Program-made: the position numbers and the translations under genes
Shown here: piece after piece, positions 25,231-38,059 of the stretch
How the letters are laid out: each line of letters begins with the position of its first letter
Numbering within the stretch: the stretch's first letter is position 1
NCBI RefSeq assembly: GCF_004010195.1
Contig: NC_057720.1
Location: 6,033,273-6,097,272, forward strand
Reading direction: 5' to 3'
DNA: 64,000 nt
From: Chiloscyllium plagiosum
Lineage: Eukaryota
The notes under the pieces: generated by a model
Told to the model about the DNA's origin: nothing
Databases searched by the model: none
Seen by the model: only the letters and a program-made list of their open reading frames with translations

Positions 25231-26239
25231 TTTGTGTTGTTTTGCTGTTTTTCTCTCAACTCACAACTTGCTCCATTCACCCATCACCTGTCCTGAGTGA
25301 CACTAACTCCTGGTGAAGCCAGGTGTTTATTGTATATTTCTCAGCTGTGTTTACAAATATTTTCACAGCCACACTCTGTCTCTTTCTCCTTCTCTAGCTC
25401 TACAAATCTCTGCAATCTTGGTGCTCCTCCAATTCCTGTGCATTTTCCAATACTCATCCCTGTCCCATCAGCCCCAGTGCCTTCGGAAAGTTTTCCATCA
25501 ACTTGTCTCCTTCTCACTCTTGCTTGACAATGTGCTTCAGCTTTTGTCACCTCAACTAAACCATGGCTCAATGTCAACTTTTGCCTGATTATGTGCACTG
25601 GGACGTGTTTATGCTCTTCCAGGCTCTATGTAAATGAAATGTTATTGTTGCTGCTCTTTGATTCCCCTTATGAAAGCTGCTCCTCTGTGATACCTTCAGT
25701 CCCGAGGAGGATTTTATCCTGGAATCAATGCCTTGTGTTTTTTTTAACACCCTAAGTTACTGCTTGTGGGCTCCTGCAGATGTCATTGTTTCTGACATTA
25801 TCTGCATTAATTTATTGTTGAAGTTCTTTCCGCATGAGCTATAAGAGGCTGAACCAGTAACATGAACGTGCCTTGGATGAATCAATATCTCAGCCTCTGT
25901 TGATGCTGTTAAGTGAGAATAAACTGGCGAGAAATCAAATGAGAAGGCTAACCTTCCATGATCTTTTTCCTGCCCCTTGAGGTAACTGCTCTAGCCCAAG
26001 AATGCTCTGCAATCTTCCAATTCAGATTGGATGGAGCCCTTCTTCCGAAAGAGAGGCAATAGGAAAATGGAAGAATTGCTCGACTTATTAATCTAAATGC
26101 TCTGTGCACCTCGGTCCAAGGCAAATGATAGCATTTGGATTCAAAATTTTAAAAGTCTGGAATGAGGAGTCTCATGATGACCACAAAATCATTGCAAATG
26201 GAAGAACACATCTATCTCACTAATGTCCTTTCAGGAAGG

Positions 26240-26766
26240 TGTAGTGATTGTAACAAGGTCAGCCAAGAGGACTTCATAGAATATGAGTTCCCTTATTGGG
26301 GCTGTTAATCTGGCTGACAGATAGTAGCAGGAGGTTCAGAGATTAGATTAGATTCCCTACAATGTGGAAATAAGCCCTCCGGCCCAACCAGTCCACACCG
26401 ATCCTCTGAAGAGTAACTCACCCAGGCCCATTTCCCTCTGACTAATGCACCTAACACTATGGGCAATTTAGTATGGCCAATTCACTGGACCTGCACATCT
26501 TTGGACTGTGGGAAGAAACCGGAGCACCTGGAGGAAACCCACGCAGACAAGGGGAGAATGTGCAAACTTCACACTGACAGTCACCCGAGGCTGGAATTGA
26601 ACCTGGGCCCCTGGTACTGGGAGGCAGCAGTGCTAACCACTGAGCCACTATGTTCTGTTCACTCTGAGAGCTGGTTCTGAGGGAGCTGGATCAGTGTCAA
26701 GGACTCTCCACATGGAAATAAAGGGTGACTTGGTGACAGGATACCAGCCTCTGTGGAGTTATTGCA
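26240..26766 (+). mobile_element. Probable solo LTR inside a second-family SINE, itself interrupted by an HE1 SINE (26339-26650, minus)
   Basis: TG...CA ends, AATAAA near the 3' end, near-TSD AAGG/GAGG; the host SINE resumes in register after it. Confidence 0.6.
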
Positions 26767-26864
26767 GAGGAAAGTACCACCCTTACCTGTTCAGACTTTT
26801 ATGTGACTCCAGACTCACAGCACTGTGGTTGACTATCAAATGCCCTCTAAGGAATTAGAAATGA

Positions 26865-28220
26865 GTCATAGAGTCATAGAGATGTACAGCACGGAAATAG
26901 ACCGATCAGTCCAACTAGTCCATGTCGATCAGCTATCCCAACCTAATCTAGTCCCATTTGCCAGCACTTGGCCCATGTCCCTCTAAACCCTTCCTATTTA
27001 TATACCCATCCAGATGCCTTTTACATGTCACAATTGTATCAGCCTGCACCACTCCCTCTAGCAGCTCATTCCATACATACACCACTGTCTGCATGAAAAC
27101 GTTACCCTTTAAGTCCCTTTTAAATCTTTCTCCACTCACCTTAAACCTATGCCCTCTAGTTTTATACTTAGCTACCCTGGAGAAACAATCTTGTCTATTT
27201 ACAGTATCCATGCCCCTCATGATTTTATAAACATCTATAAGGTCTCGCCTCAGCCTCCGATGCTCCAGGGAAAACAGCCCCAGCCTGTTCAGCCTCTCCC
27301 TATTGCTCAAACCCTCCAACCCTGGCAACATTCCTGTAAATCTTTTTTGAACTTGTTCATGTTTCATGAAATCCTTCTGATAGGAGGAAGACCAGAATTG
27401 CACACAATATTCCAAAAGTGGCCTAACCAATGCCCTGTACAGCTGCCACATGACCTCCCAACTCTTATACTCAATGCTGTGACCAATAAAGAAAAGCATA
27501 CCAAACGCCTCCTTCACTATCTTATCTACCTGTGACTCCCCTTTCAAAGAACAATGAACCTGCACTCCAAGGTCTCTTTGTTCAGTAATACTCCCCAAGA
27601 TCTTACCATCAAGTGTCTAAGTACTGCCCTGATTTGCTTTTCCAAAAAAGCTGTACCTCACATTTATCTAAATTAAACTGCATCTCCCACTCCTCAAGCC
27701 ATTGACCCATCTGATCAATATCCCGTTGTACTCTGAGGTAACCTTCGCTGTCCAATACACCTCCAATTTTGGAGTCATCTGCAAACTTAACTAAACCTCC
27801 TATGTTCACATCCAAATCATAACTGACATGACAAAAAGCGGTCGACCCAGCACCGATCATTGTGCCACACTGCTGGTCACAGGCCTTCAGTCTGAAAAGC
27901 AACCATCCATCACCACCCTCTGTCTTCTACCTTCGAAACAGTTCTGTATCCAGGTAACTAGTACTCCCTGTATTCCATGTGATCTGACCTTGCTAGCCAT
28001 GAGAAACCTTGTCGAATGCCTTACAGAAATCCACATAGATCCCGACCACAACTTCACCCTCATCAATCCTCTTTGTTACTTCTTCAAAAAAACTTAATCA
28101 AGTTAGTGAGACACGATTTCCCATGCACAAAGCCATGTTGATTATCTCTAATCGGTCCTTGTCTTTCCAAATACATTTCAACTCTGTCCCTCAGGATTCC
28201 CTCCAACAACTTGCCCATTG
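26865..28220 (-). mobile_element. CR1/HER1-type LINE 3' fragment
   Basis: ORFs 26948-27598 and 27609-27902 (KFADDSKIGG); GAGTCATAGAGTCATAG tail. Confidence 0.92.
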
Positions 28221-28349
28221 GTAATAAATACTGGCCTGGTCAGTGGTACCCTTGACCTGTGAATGAATTAAGAAAAATTCCCCTTTGCTACAGCCTTTGT
28301 CACTTACACAAATACATCCTTTCATGGACCAGTATTGACGTCTTGAAAA

Positions 28350-28572
28350 CGATGACATCTGTCATTTGACTGAATGGCTGGGTTGAGATTCAGGGTAATG
28401 CCACCAGTGGGGTCCGGGTCACCATGAAGGACTCTCCCCCTGAGCCATTCCCCTTGTTTGAGGCATTGTGATCTTTCGAATAAACCACCACCGGTCACCT
28501 CTCTCTCTCTCTCTCTCTATACAATGAAAGAGAAGCCCTATTGCCCAGTATGTCTGTGGCGACTTTACCTTT
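28350..28572 (+). mobile_element. Old SINE (third family; related copy on the minus strand at 51730-51945)
   Basis: Shared CATGAAGG...AAACCACCACC...CTCTCTCT...GGCGACTTTAC layout. Confidence 0.55.
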
Positions 28573-29593
28573 CAGCTGTGTGACATGATCCCGCATTAAT
28601 GCAAATTATAATATCATTCCACAGGGCGCTTTACAGAACTGGAAGTGTTAAAACTGTTGAACAGTACATCAATTGATTGAGTTTGCATTATGTATGAGGC
28701 ACACTGCAAAAATGTCTCACAATAATTACACAATAAGACACCATTGATTTAGGTTTAAAATGTAGCCACAGGTCTATTAAGCTATATCAGGACAAACAAA
28801 CTGATTTATTGATTTGTTTCTTTATTCTAGCAAATCATTGTAGCACTGTGAGCGAGCGAGTATGGAGCAGAGGCTGTGAGCATTGTGCTGCTCTTTTCAT
28901 TAGGAAGATTGAAGGTGGATTGAAGGCAGAGTGAACTTGCTGTGGCTGAGGTCGCACTGAACACAGTGTTTAACACGTCGGAGAACATCCACGTGCAGCT
29001 CCTGCGACTGGGAGCAGCGGGGCACCCAAAGATGAACTTCAGCGAAATGCCAGGCTCATTGGCAGCGAGCATGAAGGAGCTGAGACCCTCGAACAAAAGC
29101 ACTGTGGATGGGAGGTGAGAGGTTCTTTGGCTATTGAGTGATGGGTGGGACGGAGGAGTTAGGGGTTCGGGGGAGTGGAGTGAGGGAGCACATCAGCCGC
29201 AAAGACTTGGGGATGGGGGAGTATTTCATCAGATACCCCAAACAGCTGCCAGATCCCTCGATCAGGTACAGAGGCTGTTGGAGAAGGCCCCCACACCTCA
29301 TGGAGTCTGCAAGAAATCCTTGCTGTGTTTACATGATGGTCTCCACATCGCACCCATCAAAGGTAGTTCATACAGCCATCAGTCAAGGTCCCATTGAGCA
29401 GAAGGACTCTGGGTGCCACCAGGGTCCTCATCCACCACCCTCCTGAATGATCAACTGCTCAAATTCAGAAAATGAGGGGGAGAGATCTGATGGAAGCAAA
29501 TAAAATTCTGAAGGGAATAGATAAGGTAGAAGCAGGGAGGTTGTTTCCACTGGTGGGTGAAACTAGAACGAGGAGGTTTCGCCGCAAAATAAT

Positions 29594-29996
29594 AGATTAG
29601 ATTAGATTACTTACAGTGTGGAAACAGGCCCTTCGGCCCAACAAGTCCACACCGACCTGCCGAAGCGCACCCACCCAGACCCATTCCCCTACATTTACCC
29701 CTGCACCTAACACTACAGGCAATTTAGCATGGCCAATTCACCTAACCTGCACATTTTTGGACTGTGTGGAGTTTGCACATTCTCCCCGTGTCTGTGTGGG
29801 TTTCTTCCGGGTGTTCCGGTTTCCTCCCACAGTCCAAAGATGTGCAGGTCAGGTGAATTGGCCATGCTAAATTACCCGTAGTGTTAGGTAAGGGGTAAAT
29901 GTAGGGGTATGGGTGGGTTGCGCTTCGGTGGGGCGGTGTGGACTTGTTGGGCCGAAGGGCCTGTTTCCACACTGTAAGGTAATCTAATCTAATCTA
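29594..29996. mobile_element. Two head-less HE1 SINEs fused in inverted orientation
   Basis: Minus-strand 3' half 29594-29766 joined at GACTGTG to a plus-strand copy 29760-29996; tails point outward. Confidence 0.92.
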
Positions 29997-30313
29997 GTTC
30001 TTATGTTCACATGCGCTAGTCACTAATCCATCACGGAGGACAGTAGAACTTTCTGGCGCATAGATAAGGTAATTGGCAGGTGTCCTTTCCCTAGGGTAGG
30101 GGGTTTTAATACTAGGGGATATATTATTAAGGTGAGCAGAGAAAGATTGTTTTAAAAAGGCATGAGGGGCACTTTTATTACACAAAGAGTTGTGTGTGTG
30201 TGTGTGGACTGAGCTTCCAGGGAAGTAGTGGATGTGGGTACAATTAGACCATTTAAAAGGCTTTTGGATAAGTACCTGAATAAGAAAGGTTTGGACGGAA
30301 ATGGGCCAAGTTT

Positions 30314-30440
30314 ATGATTTGGAGGAGCCGGTGTTGGACTGGGGTGGACAAAGTTAAAAATCACACAACACCAGGTTATCGTTCAACAGGTTCATCTGGA
30401 AGCGCTAGCTTTTGGAGCGCTGCTACTTCATTAGATGATT
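30314..30440 (-). mobile_element. Family B element inside a CR1 3' end (CR1 ~30060-30500, plus)
   Basis: ATGATTTGGAGGAGCCGGTGTTGGACTGGGGTGGACAAAGTTAAAAATCACACAACACC; decayed hammerhead. Confidence 0.8.
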
Positions 30441-31559
30441 TTTTTTGGATTTATGGTTGGACCGAAGGGTCTGTTTCCCTGCTATATGACTCTATGACTA
30501 TTCTGCCTGTGAGTCTGTAAATCTTATACACCAGAGAGGGACAAGTTAGGGTTTATGAGGCTGTCACCAGGAATTGAAGAGTTTAGTTATAAGGAAGGCT
30601 TTGGGCTGTTTACTTTGAAATGGAGAAGACTGAAGGGAAATTTAATTCAAGTTCTGCAAATAATGAGAAGTCTCATAAAAGTGAAAAGGAAGGAACCAAT
30701 TCCTTGGATGGGGAGGTTAATAGGCAGGGTGTGTAGATTTACAGTGTTTGGCAAGGGACCAAAAGGGAGCTGCCGAGGAATATTTCACTCGGGAGGGGCT
30801 GGGGATCTGGAACACACAGTGTGAAAGTATGATCAAGATGGAAAATATCCAAACGCATGGATATGGACATCAGTTACTGTGACCGACAGAATCATGCGTC
30901 AACCTTTGGAACATAAGGCTTGGCTGGATAACCTTTTGGGGTGGCCCAGCATACCGGGCTGAATATGTTGGGCAGAATGGCCTGTCCCAGTGACATGCAT
31001 CAATTTTTCATGACTCAAAGCCCCATGTTCCTGTCCTTCACCATTTGGTCTCACCCTCACTCTAATTCATTAGCTGAGCTGGTGTTGTCAATAGTCACTC
31101 CTTATGAAGAGCTAAATATAAGGTGGCCCATTCAGACAGAAGTTAAGCTCTCTTACAATAATCAGGGGCAATGCTGCTGTTATCGAGCTAATGCAGCTCT
31201 AATGCAGCATGGGAAGGGGATTGGGGTTTTGTGGGGCTCACTGCTTAGTGCATGGCCTCAGCAAACGTGAGCATTGGATTCACGTGCTGTCGCCATCATC
31301 TGCGCTACAGGTCATGTGTGAGCTGACGAAGCTCTGTCCTCTGGAAATGGCTGATGAGTTGAATCGCTGTGTAATCACAAGGTTTACAGTCATTCTATCC
31401 TCCTGCCTGTGGAGGGAGCTCATGCCCCCAGCCGAGATGGAAGGCGAGTCATCAGAGTGTCTCCATTCTGAAGACCTAGGTAGTCTAGTGGTTGGTATCC
31501 CTGCTGTCATGCAGGAAACTGAGGCACAATTCCCTGCCAGGGAGAATGGACATTCTTCA

Positions 31560-31893
31560 GGGCGGATCAGTGGCTCAGTGGTTAGCACTACTGCCTCACG
31601 GTGCCAGGGACTCAGGTTTGATCCTAGCCTCAGGCGACTGTGTGGAGCTTGCACATTCTCTCAGTGTCTGCGTGGGTTTCCTCCTACAATCCAAAGATGT
31701 GCAGGTTAAGTGAATTGGCCATGCTAATTTGCCCAAAGTGTTCAGGCATGTGTAGGTTAGGTGCATTAGTTAGGTGTAAATATAGGATAATAGGGTAGAG
31801 GAAGGGATCTGGGTGGGTTATACTTTGGGGAGTCGGTGTAGACTTGTTGGGCTGAAGGGCCTGTTCCTACACTTCAGGGATTCCATGATTCTA
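31560..31893 (+). mobile_element. HE1-like V-SINE
   Basis: Head GTGGCTCAGTGGTTAGCAC, V-domain and CR1-type tail. Confidence 0.88.
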
Positions 31894-31912
31894 GGATTGA
31901 GCCCTCCACTAT

Positions 31913-31947
31913 CACCTGATGAAGGAGTGTCGCTTCGAAAGCTAGTG
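31913..31947 (+). ncRNA. Minimal hammerhead ribozyme motif (family B terminus 31911-32001)
   Basis: CAC-CUGAUGA-A-GGAGU(GUC)GCUUC-GAAAGCUA-GUG: core intact, stem II with G-U pairs, 3-bp stem I. Confidence 0.65.
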
Positions 31948-32209
31948 TGCTTCCAATTAAACCTGTTGGACTATAACCTGGTGTTGTGTGATTTTTAACT
32001 TAATACTGAATCAGAAAATTGTCTTGTACACAATTAACAAATTCCTCTCCATTTAAACCCTTAACATTATGGCAGTCCCAGTCAATGTTTGGAAAGTTAA
32101 AATCCCCTGACATAACCACCTTATTTTTCTTACGGATAGCTGAGATCTCCTTACAATCTCAATTTCCCTCTGACTATTCGGGGGTCTATAATACAATCCC
32201 AATAAGGTT

Positions 32210-33072
32210 ATCAGGAAGGGAGGTTATTTATAATTAGAGAACTCAATGTTGAGTCCTCCGGGCTGTAGGCTGTCGGGGCAGAAGATAAGATATTATTCCT
32301 CCAAATTGCGGTATGCATTCGTTGTGGCAATAGAGGAGGCCAAAGATGGTCATGTTAGAAAGGGAGTGGGAAAGGGAATTAAAATGGCGGTGACTGGGAT
32401 TTATGGTCGTCCCTGCAGGCCCGGCTGAGATGCTTGGTGAAACAGTCCCTGCAGGCCCGGCTGAGATGCTTGGTGAAACAGTCCCTTAGTTTATGCTCAG
32501 TCTCCCCAATGTAAAAAAGACCACACCGGGAGCACCTGATGCAGTGAACTCGGTTGGAGGAGAGGCAGGTGAACCTCTGTCTCACCTGGAAGGACTGTTT
32601 AGGGCCCTGGATGGAGATGATGGGGGTGGTGTGCTGGCAGATTTTGCATATTTTCTAGTTGCAGTGACAAACTACACCTCAAATTGGAGTAACAACACCT
32701 CATCTTCTACCTGGGCAGCCTACAGCCCGGGGGATACAACATTGAGTTCCCCAATTTCAAATAACCTCCCTTCCCATCCCCCGACTCCCTTCTCAGTCCC
32801 TCCCCCTTCCATTCCACTGCTCCCTGCCACCAACCGGATTCATTCCTCCCATATCCTCTGCCTGCCTTCACCTATCCCCACTTCACCACCTTGTGCCTGC
32901 CACCCCCTTTATCTACAGCTTCCTCTACACCCACCCCCAGTCCTGAAGAAGGGTTATACCCCAAAATGTCGACTTCTCCACCTCCTGGTGCTGCTTGAGT
33001 TGCTGTGTTCCTCCATCTTCCTGGCCTGCCTACCTTGGATTCCAGCATCTGCAGTTTTTTTTTGTCTCTAAC
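32210..33072. mobile_element. Penelope-like element with internal inversion (family C terminus)
   Basis: Minus ORF 32379-32585 is a GIY-YIG core (VHCIRCSRCGLFYIGETEHKLRDCFTKH); plus-strand C-terminus, 3' UTR and terminus from ~32660. Confidence 0.88.
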
Positions 33073-33274
33073 CATGATTGCATGATGGAACAGTCTCAAT
33101 GGGCTGAATAGCCTAATTTCTGCTTCTTTGTCTTCTGCTTATATGGTCTTACCCAAGTACTTCAAATCAAACTCTTAGGAAACAAAAACAAATTTGAAAA
33201 GTAAAGAAATAAATAGTTCAGCATTGCAGGCCAGAGGAATAAATTAGAAAATGAAATAAAAAGATCAGAATAGA

Positions 33275-33490
33275 GCCTGTTCTGTCATAACGCGTGTTTC
33301 TTCAACGTGAATTTTCTTTAACGCGATTGAAGAATTTAGATTGTTATTTGTAGACAGTGAACTTTTCTTACCTGTATTGGCTATAATGCGATTCTGGCCC
33401 CATTGGGTATAAATGGTGCAGCTTTTGAGTGATTTTCTTATAACACGAGATCGCGTGAGATCGGAACTATTGCGTTACATCATAGTCAAC
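33275..33490. mobile_element. Tc1/mariner (pogo/Tigger-like) MITE; relatives at 43587-43790 and 51488-51710
   Basis: Ends resembling GTTCTG(C/G)TATAACGCG and GTTATAG(C/A)AGAAC recur in three ~210-bp copies; one ends ACTGTA. Confidence 0.55.
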
Positions 33491-33499
33491 TGCATCAGT

Positions 33500-34125
33500 C
33501 TTTCTGACCCAGTCCATGCTGGCACCAAGCCTCAAGGGAGACCTTCACCATCTCGCCTTCATCCACGACAGACCCAACCATGTACAAGTTGCCCCACCCG
33601 AAGCGCCATCTCTTTGCCGCTGAGCCCACTTCGCTAACGCCGCTGAACCCACACTCTCCTTGTGACCAGGAGTCCCTGGCTCTGCTGCCAGGACAGACTG
33701 CTGCCAGGCCATGAGTCCCACTTCGGCTGCAGATGTCACCTTGCCGGCGCCGCCATCTTGAAGAGTCCACTGCTGCCAATGCCGCTGTCCCCGATTGTTG
33801 GAGGAGCTTTGCTGGTGCTGCCACTGCTCCCGAACGCCAGGAGAATGCACCTGCTGCCACAGGCCTTTGAATGGTGAGGAAACAGCCTCACCGCCACCAT
33901 CTCCGATCGCCAGGAGCAGACAATTCCGCCACACCGCTGTGTGGGCCTGCTCTCACTGCCGGTGCTGCCAACTGCGTCGCTACAGAAAGGCAGGGAATAA
34001 AAACAAAAAGAAAGGAAAAGAAAGTGAAAGAAAAGAGCAGAAGCAAAAGAAAAGCAGAGAAAGGAAGCAGATGGGCCATGGGTAATAGCCCGCACACCAC
34101 CCTGCTACTCTGCCGCCATCTTGTG
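33500..34125 (-). mobile_element. GC-rich repeat related in layout to 4545-5020
   Basis: CCG/CTG-rich body, then an AAAG-rich block, then CTACTCTGCCGCCATCTTG. Confidence 0.5.
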
Positions 34126-35274
34126 CTGGACGAATGATGTAGTAATTGGGACCAGGTGGATCTCCCTGACTATTAGAATCCTAATTGGCCCAGGTGAACA
34201 ACCCCAATCAAGAACATCATGGTCAACAATGTCCACTTGGTCCCAGTCAGTACAAATAGTTACTTGCTTATTTTCAACTGGCATAGACTCAGTGGCAAAG
34301 GGTCTTTTTTTGTTGTATGGTCCTAACTTGCCACTCAAGGTTAGCGTGCTTTCAGTCCAAATGCCTTAACAATAAGACAAAGCAGTCACAGGTCAAAGAA
34401 CAGAAGTCAAACAAATCCTGCATGCTCGTCCCTCATCACCTCGGGACATATCCTGCCCTGCATTTCCTGAAGATCTGAGAGTTGAGAATTGGCCTGTTCA
34501 GTTCCATTGTGCAAAGGTGTGCCCCTGAATGGGCGTGCTGCTTGAATTGAGGGACAACAGCTGATGAGCATGCCAAATCAGGACAGCATTGCATGAATCT
34601 GTGATGGTCCCCCTGGCCAAACAGCTTGTGTATGCTCTGCCCATGAAGAATGATGTTTGTGGAGGAACGTGCGGAAATGGCTTTTCCTTGAAAACCAACC
34701 TCTGGAGGACAAAGAAAGGGAAAGAGGTTTGACTTTTTTGTAACACTCTGTGGAATTTCAGCCGCAATCATGGAATTGTGACAGGCTAATAACAGGAAGT
34801 AAAACCCTTAACCTTTCGCTAATCAGTGGGCTGGCCTCATTTCTGCAGGAGATACAAATACAAACAAAATAGCAGGGGGAGCCCCATTGAAACATAAGCC
34901 ACGATTCGGAGGAGCATTACCCGCTGTGATGTGGAAACAAAGTCCTGCAAATGAAAGCATTGATGATGTGCTGAAAAAGGCATAGCCCGACACAAAATGG
35001 GCACGCAGCAACTTTGGGAAAGTCAATAAAACTCACCGCAACCAGGGGACTGCAGGAAATGGCTTGATGACCTGAACACAAGCAGTGAAAAAGACAGGGG
35101 CCCCTAATTAAACACTGCAGACCAAAGGGGAAGACAAAGCTAAATGACTAAATACCTGCAGGTTCCCAACTGAAAGACACTTGATTGCAAAGGTCTCTGT
35201 GATTAAAAAGCTGAACTGTTCCACTCAGACCTCTCAATACTAATTATATGTTCGATGTATGGAAATGTAAAATA

Positions 35275-35760
35275 GGTGCACACAAACCCCCCCGCCCCCC
35301 CCCACACACACTAACACATCCCCACCACAAACCCACACACACACATACAAACACTTGTACATAAACATGACCATACACATGCACACAAACACATCCGTGG
35401 ACACAAATACGCACATATATACTCGTACCCACACCCACGCACACATACACATCTAACATTCACACATGATGAAGAGCTTATGCTTGAACCGTCGATTCTC
35501 CTGCTCCTCGGATGCTGCCTGACCAGCTGTGCTTTTCTAGCACCACACATTTTGATTCATACATGCGTACACATGTACAAACGCACAAACATGCACACAC
35601 ATACAAATCACAGACATGCATGAATGCAGACATATGTAACATATATATACATATATATATGCATGCACACACGCACATGCGCGCACACACACAGGCACAC
35701 ACACACTCTCTCTCACAAACACACTCTCGCATGCATGTGCGTGCACACACACACCACTGT
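35275..35760. repeat. Degenerate (CA)n/(TA)n microsatellite with a family A insert (35468-35554)
   Basis: CA-rich tract; insert flanked by ATTCA(C/T)ACAT. Confidence 0.88.
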
Positions 35761-36332
35761 TTTGAAATCATCACCGTGCCAAGGCAAATACATAACATAG
35801 AATATTACAGCATAGGAACAGGCCATTCGGGCCACCATGGCCACACTGTGCTCACCATGATGCCATTCTAAACTAATGCTTACTGCCTGCAGATGGCCCA
35901 TACCCCTCCATTCCCTGCCTGTTTATGTGGCTGTCGAAGTGTCCCTTAAACATTGCTAATATTTTTGTTTTGACCACTTCCCCTTACAGTGGGTTCTGGG
36001 CACCTACCACTTTCTGCATAAAAGACCTGCCTTGCACGTTTCCTTTAAACTTTACCCCTCTCGCCTTGAACCTATGCTTCCTTGAATTTTCCCCCCAAGA
36101 ATAAGACTCGCAGTATCCATGCCTGAATAATTTTATAAACTCCTGTCAGGTTGCCCTCAGCCTCTGACACACTCATCTAAACATTGCAGCTTTGTCCAAC
36201 TCTCCAATATGCTCCAATCCAAGCAACATTCTAGTAAACTTCTTTTTCACCCTCTCCAAAGCCTCCACATTCTTCCTTTAGTGTGGCGACCAGAAACTAT
36301 GCACAATGCTACAAATATGGGTGAACTAAAGA

Positions 36333-37768
36333 ACTAGGCAAAAGTGAGGACTGCAGATGCTGGAAACTAGAGTCTAGATTAGAGTGGTGCTGGAAAAGCA
36401 CAGCAGGTCAGGCAGCATCCGAGGAGCAGGAAAATCGACGTTTCGGACAAAATCCCTTCATCAGGAATGGAGCCTCCAGGGTGGAGAGATAAATGGGGAG
36501 GGGGAGTGGGACTGGGGAGAAGGTAGCAAAGAGTACAATAGGTGAATGGGAGTGGGATGGAGGTGATAGGTCAGAGAGGAGGGTGGAGCGGATAGATGGG
36601 AAGGGAGATTGGCAGGTAGGACAGGTCATGAGGACGGTGCTGAGCTGGAAGGTTGGAAATGAGGTGAGGTGGGGGGAGCGGAAATGAGGAAACTGGTGAA
36701 GTCCACATTGATGCCCTGGGGTTGAAGTGTTCTGAGGCGGAAGATGAGGCATTCTTCCTCCAGGTGTCGGGTGGTGAGGGAGCGGCGGTGAAGGAGGCCC
36801 AGGACCTCCATGTCCTCGGCAGAGTGGGAGGGGGAGTTGAAATGTTGCGCCACAGGATGGTCCCAGGAGGGAAGGGTGGGTTGTGGGGGGGCGTGGACCT
36901 GACCAGGTAGTCACAGAGGGAACGGTCTTTGCGGAAAGTGGACAAGGGTGGGGAGGGAAATGTATCCCTGGTGGTGGGGTCTTTTTGGAGGTGGCGGAAA
37001 TGTTGGCGGATGATGCAGTTTATGCGAAGGTTGGTAGGGTGGAAGGTGAGGACCGGTGGGTTACGGTTGGAGGGGTGAGGTTTGAGGGCTGAGGTGCAGG
37101 ATGTGGATGAGATGTGTTGGAGGGCATCTTTAACCACGTGGGAAGGGAAATTGCGGTCTTTAAAGTAGGAGGCCATCTGGTGTGTTATGTGGTGGAACTG
37201 GTCCCCCTGGGAGCAGATACGGCGGAGGCAGAGGAATTGGGAATACGGGATGGCATTTTGTAGGAGGTGGGGTGGGAAGAGGTGTAAGGTAAAAACAATG
37301 ACTGCAGATGCTGGAAACCAGATTCTGGATCAATGGTGCTGGAAGAGCACAGCAGTTCAGGCAGCATCCGAGGAGGGAAGAGGTGTAGTCCAGGTAGCTG
37401 TGGGAGTCGGTGGGTTTGTAAAAAATGTCAGTGTCAAGTCAGTTGTCATTAATGGAGACGGACAGGTCCAGGAAGGGGAGGGAGGTGTCAGAGATGGTCC
37501 AGGTAAATTTAAGGTCAGTGTGGAATGTGTTGGTGAAGTTGATGAATTGCTCAACCTCCTCACGGGAGCACGAGGTGCAGTCATCAATGTAGCGGAGGAA
37601 GAGGTGGGGAGTGGTGCCAGTGTAACTACGGAAGATGGACTGTTCTATGTAGCTGACAAAGAGACAAGCATAGCTGGGGCCCATACGGGTGCCCATGGCT
37701 ACCCCTTTGGTCTGGAAAAGCGGAAGGATTCGAAGGAGAAATTGTTAAGGGTGAGGACCAGTTCAGCC
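36333..37768 (-). mobile_element. 5'-truncated Penelope-like element (RT, GIY-YIG C-terminus, terminal repeat; family A)
   Basis: MGTRMGPSYACLF and FLRYIDD (PLE RT); AQHFNSPSHS and LQPQGINVD (GIY-YIG end). TSD AACTAAAGA at 36324-36332 and 37769-37777. Nested terminal fragment 37287-37374 with TSD GGGAAGAGGTGTA. Confidence 0.93.
36435..36466 (-). ncRNA. Minimal hammerhead ribozyme motif in the Penelope 3' terminus
   Basis: Minus strand UC-CUGAUGA-AGGGAUUUUGUCC-GAAACGUC-GA; core intact, stem II weakened. Confidence 0.6.
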
Positions 37769-38059
37769 AACTAAAGACTTACACAGCTGCAAAATGACTT
37801 ACCAACTTTTATATTCAATGCTCTGACCGATTAAGACAAGCATACCTTCTGCCTTTTTTACCACATTAAAATCATGGAATGATCGAATTTTATAACAAAG
37901 AAGGAGGCCATTTGACCCATCTTGTCTGTACTGGCTCCCAAAAGATCTACCCAGCTAGTCCCACTCTTCAGCCCTACCTCCATATCCCTATAAGTTCATC
38001 ATATTCAAATATACATCCAGCTCTCTTTTGAGAAAGGATGTTAGATGTATGGGTAGGGT

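Larger units (their letters stand above)
35790..37865 (-). mobile_element. Old CR1 3' fragment split by a Penelope insertion
   Basis: CR1 sequence 35790-36332 resumes at 37769. Confidence 0.78.

Noticed and set aside
25834..25898. 9-bp inverted repeat AGAGGCTGA/TCAGCCTCT as a possible miRNA or snoRNA stem
   Set aside because: The interior does not pair and properly placed C/D boxes are absent.
31209..31709. 166-aa ORF
   Set aside because: The 3' third is an HE1 SINE and the remainder has no recognisable homology.
33413..34137. Overlapping ORFs in a GC-rich stretch suggesting a CpG-island gene
   Set aside because: No recognisable protein; layout matches the repeat at 4545-5020.
35240..35901. 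Cys/Val/His-rich ORFs
   Set aside because: Translation of a CA microsatellite.
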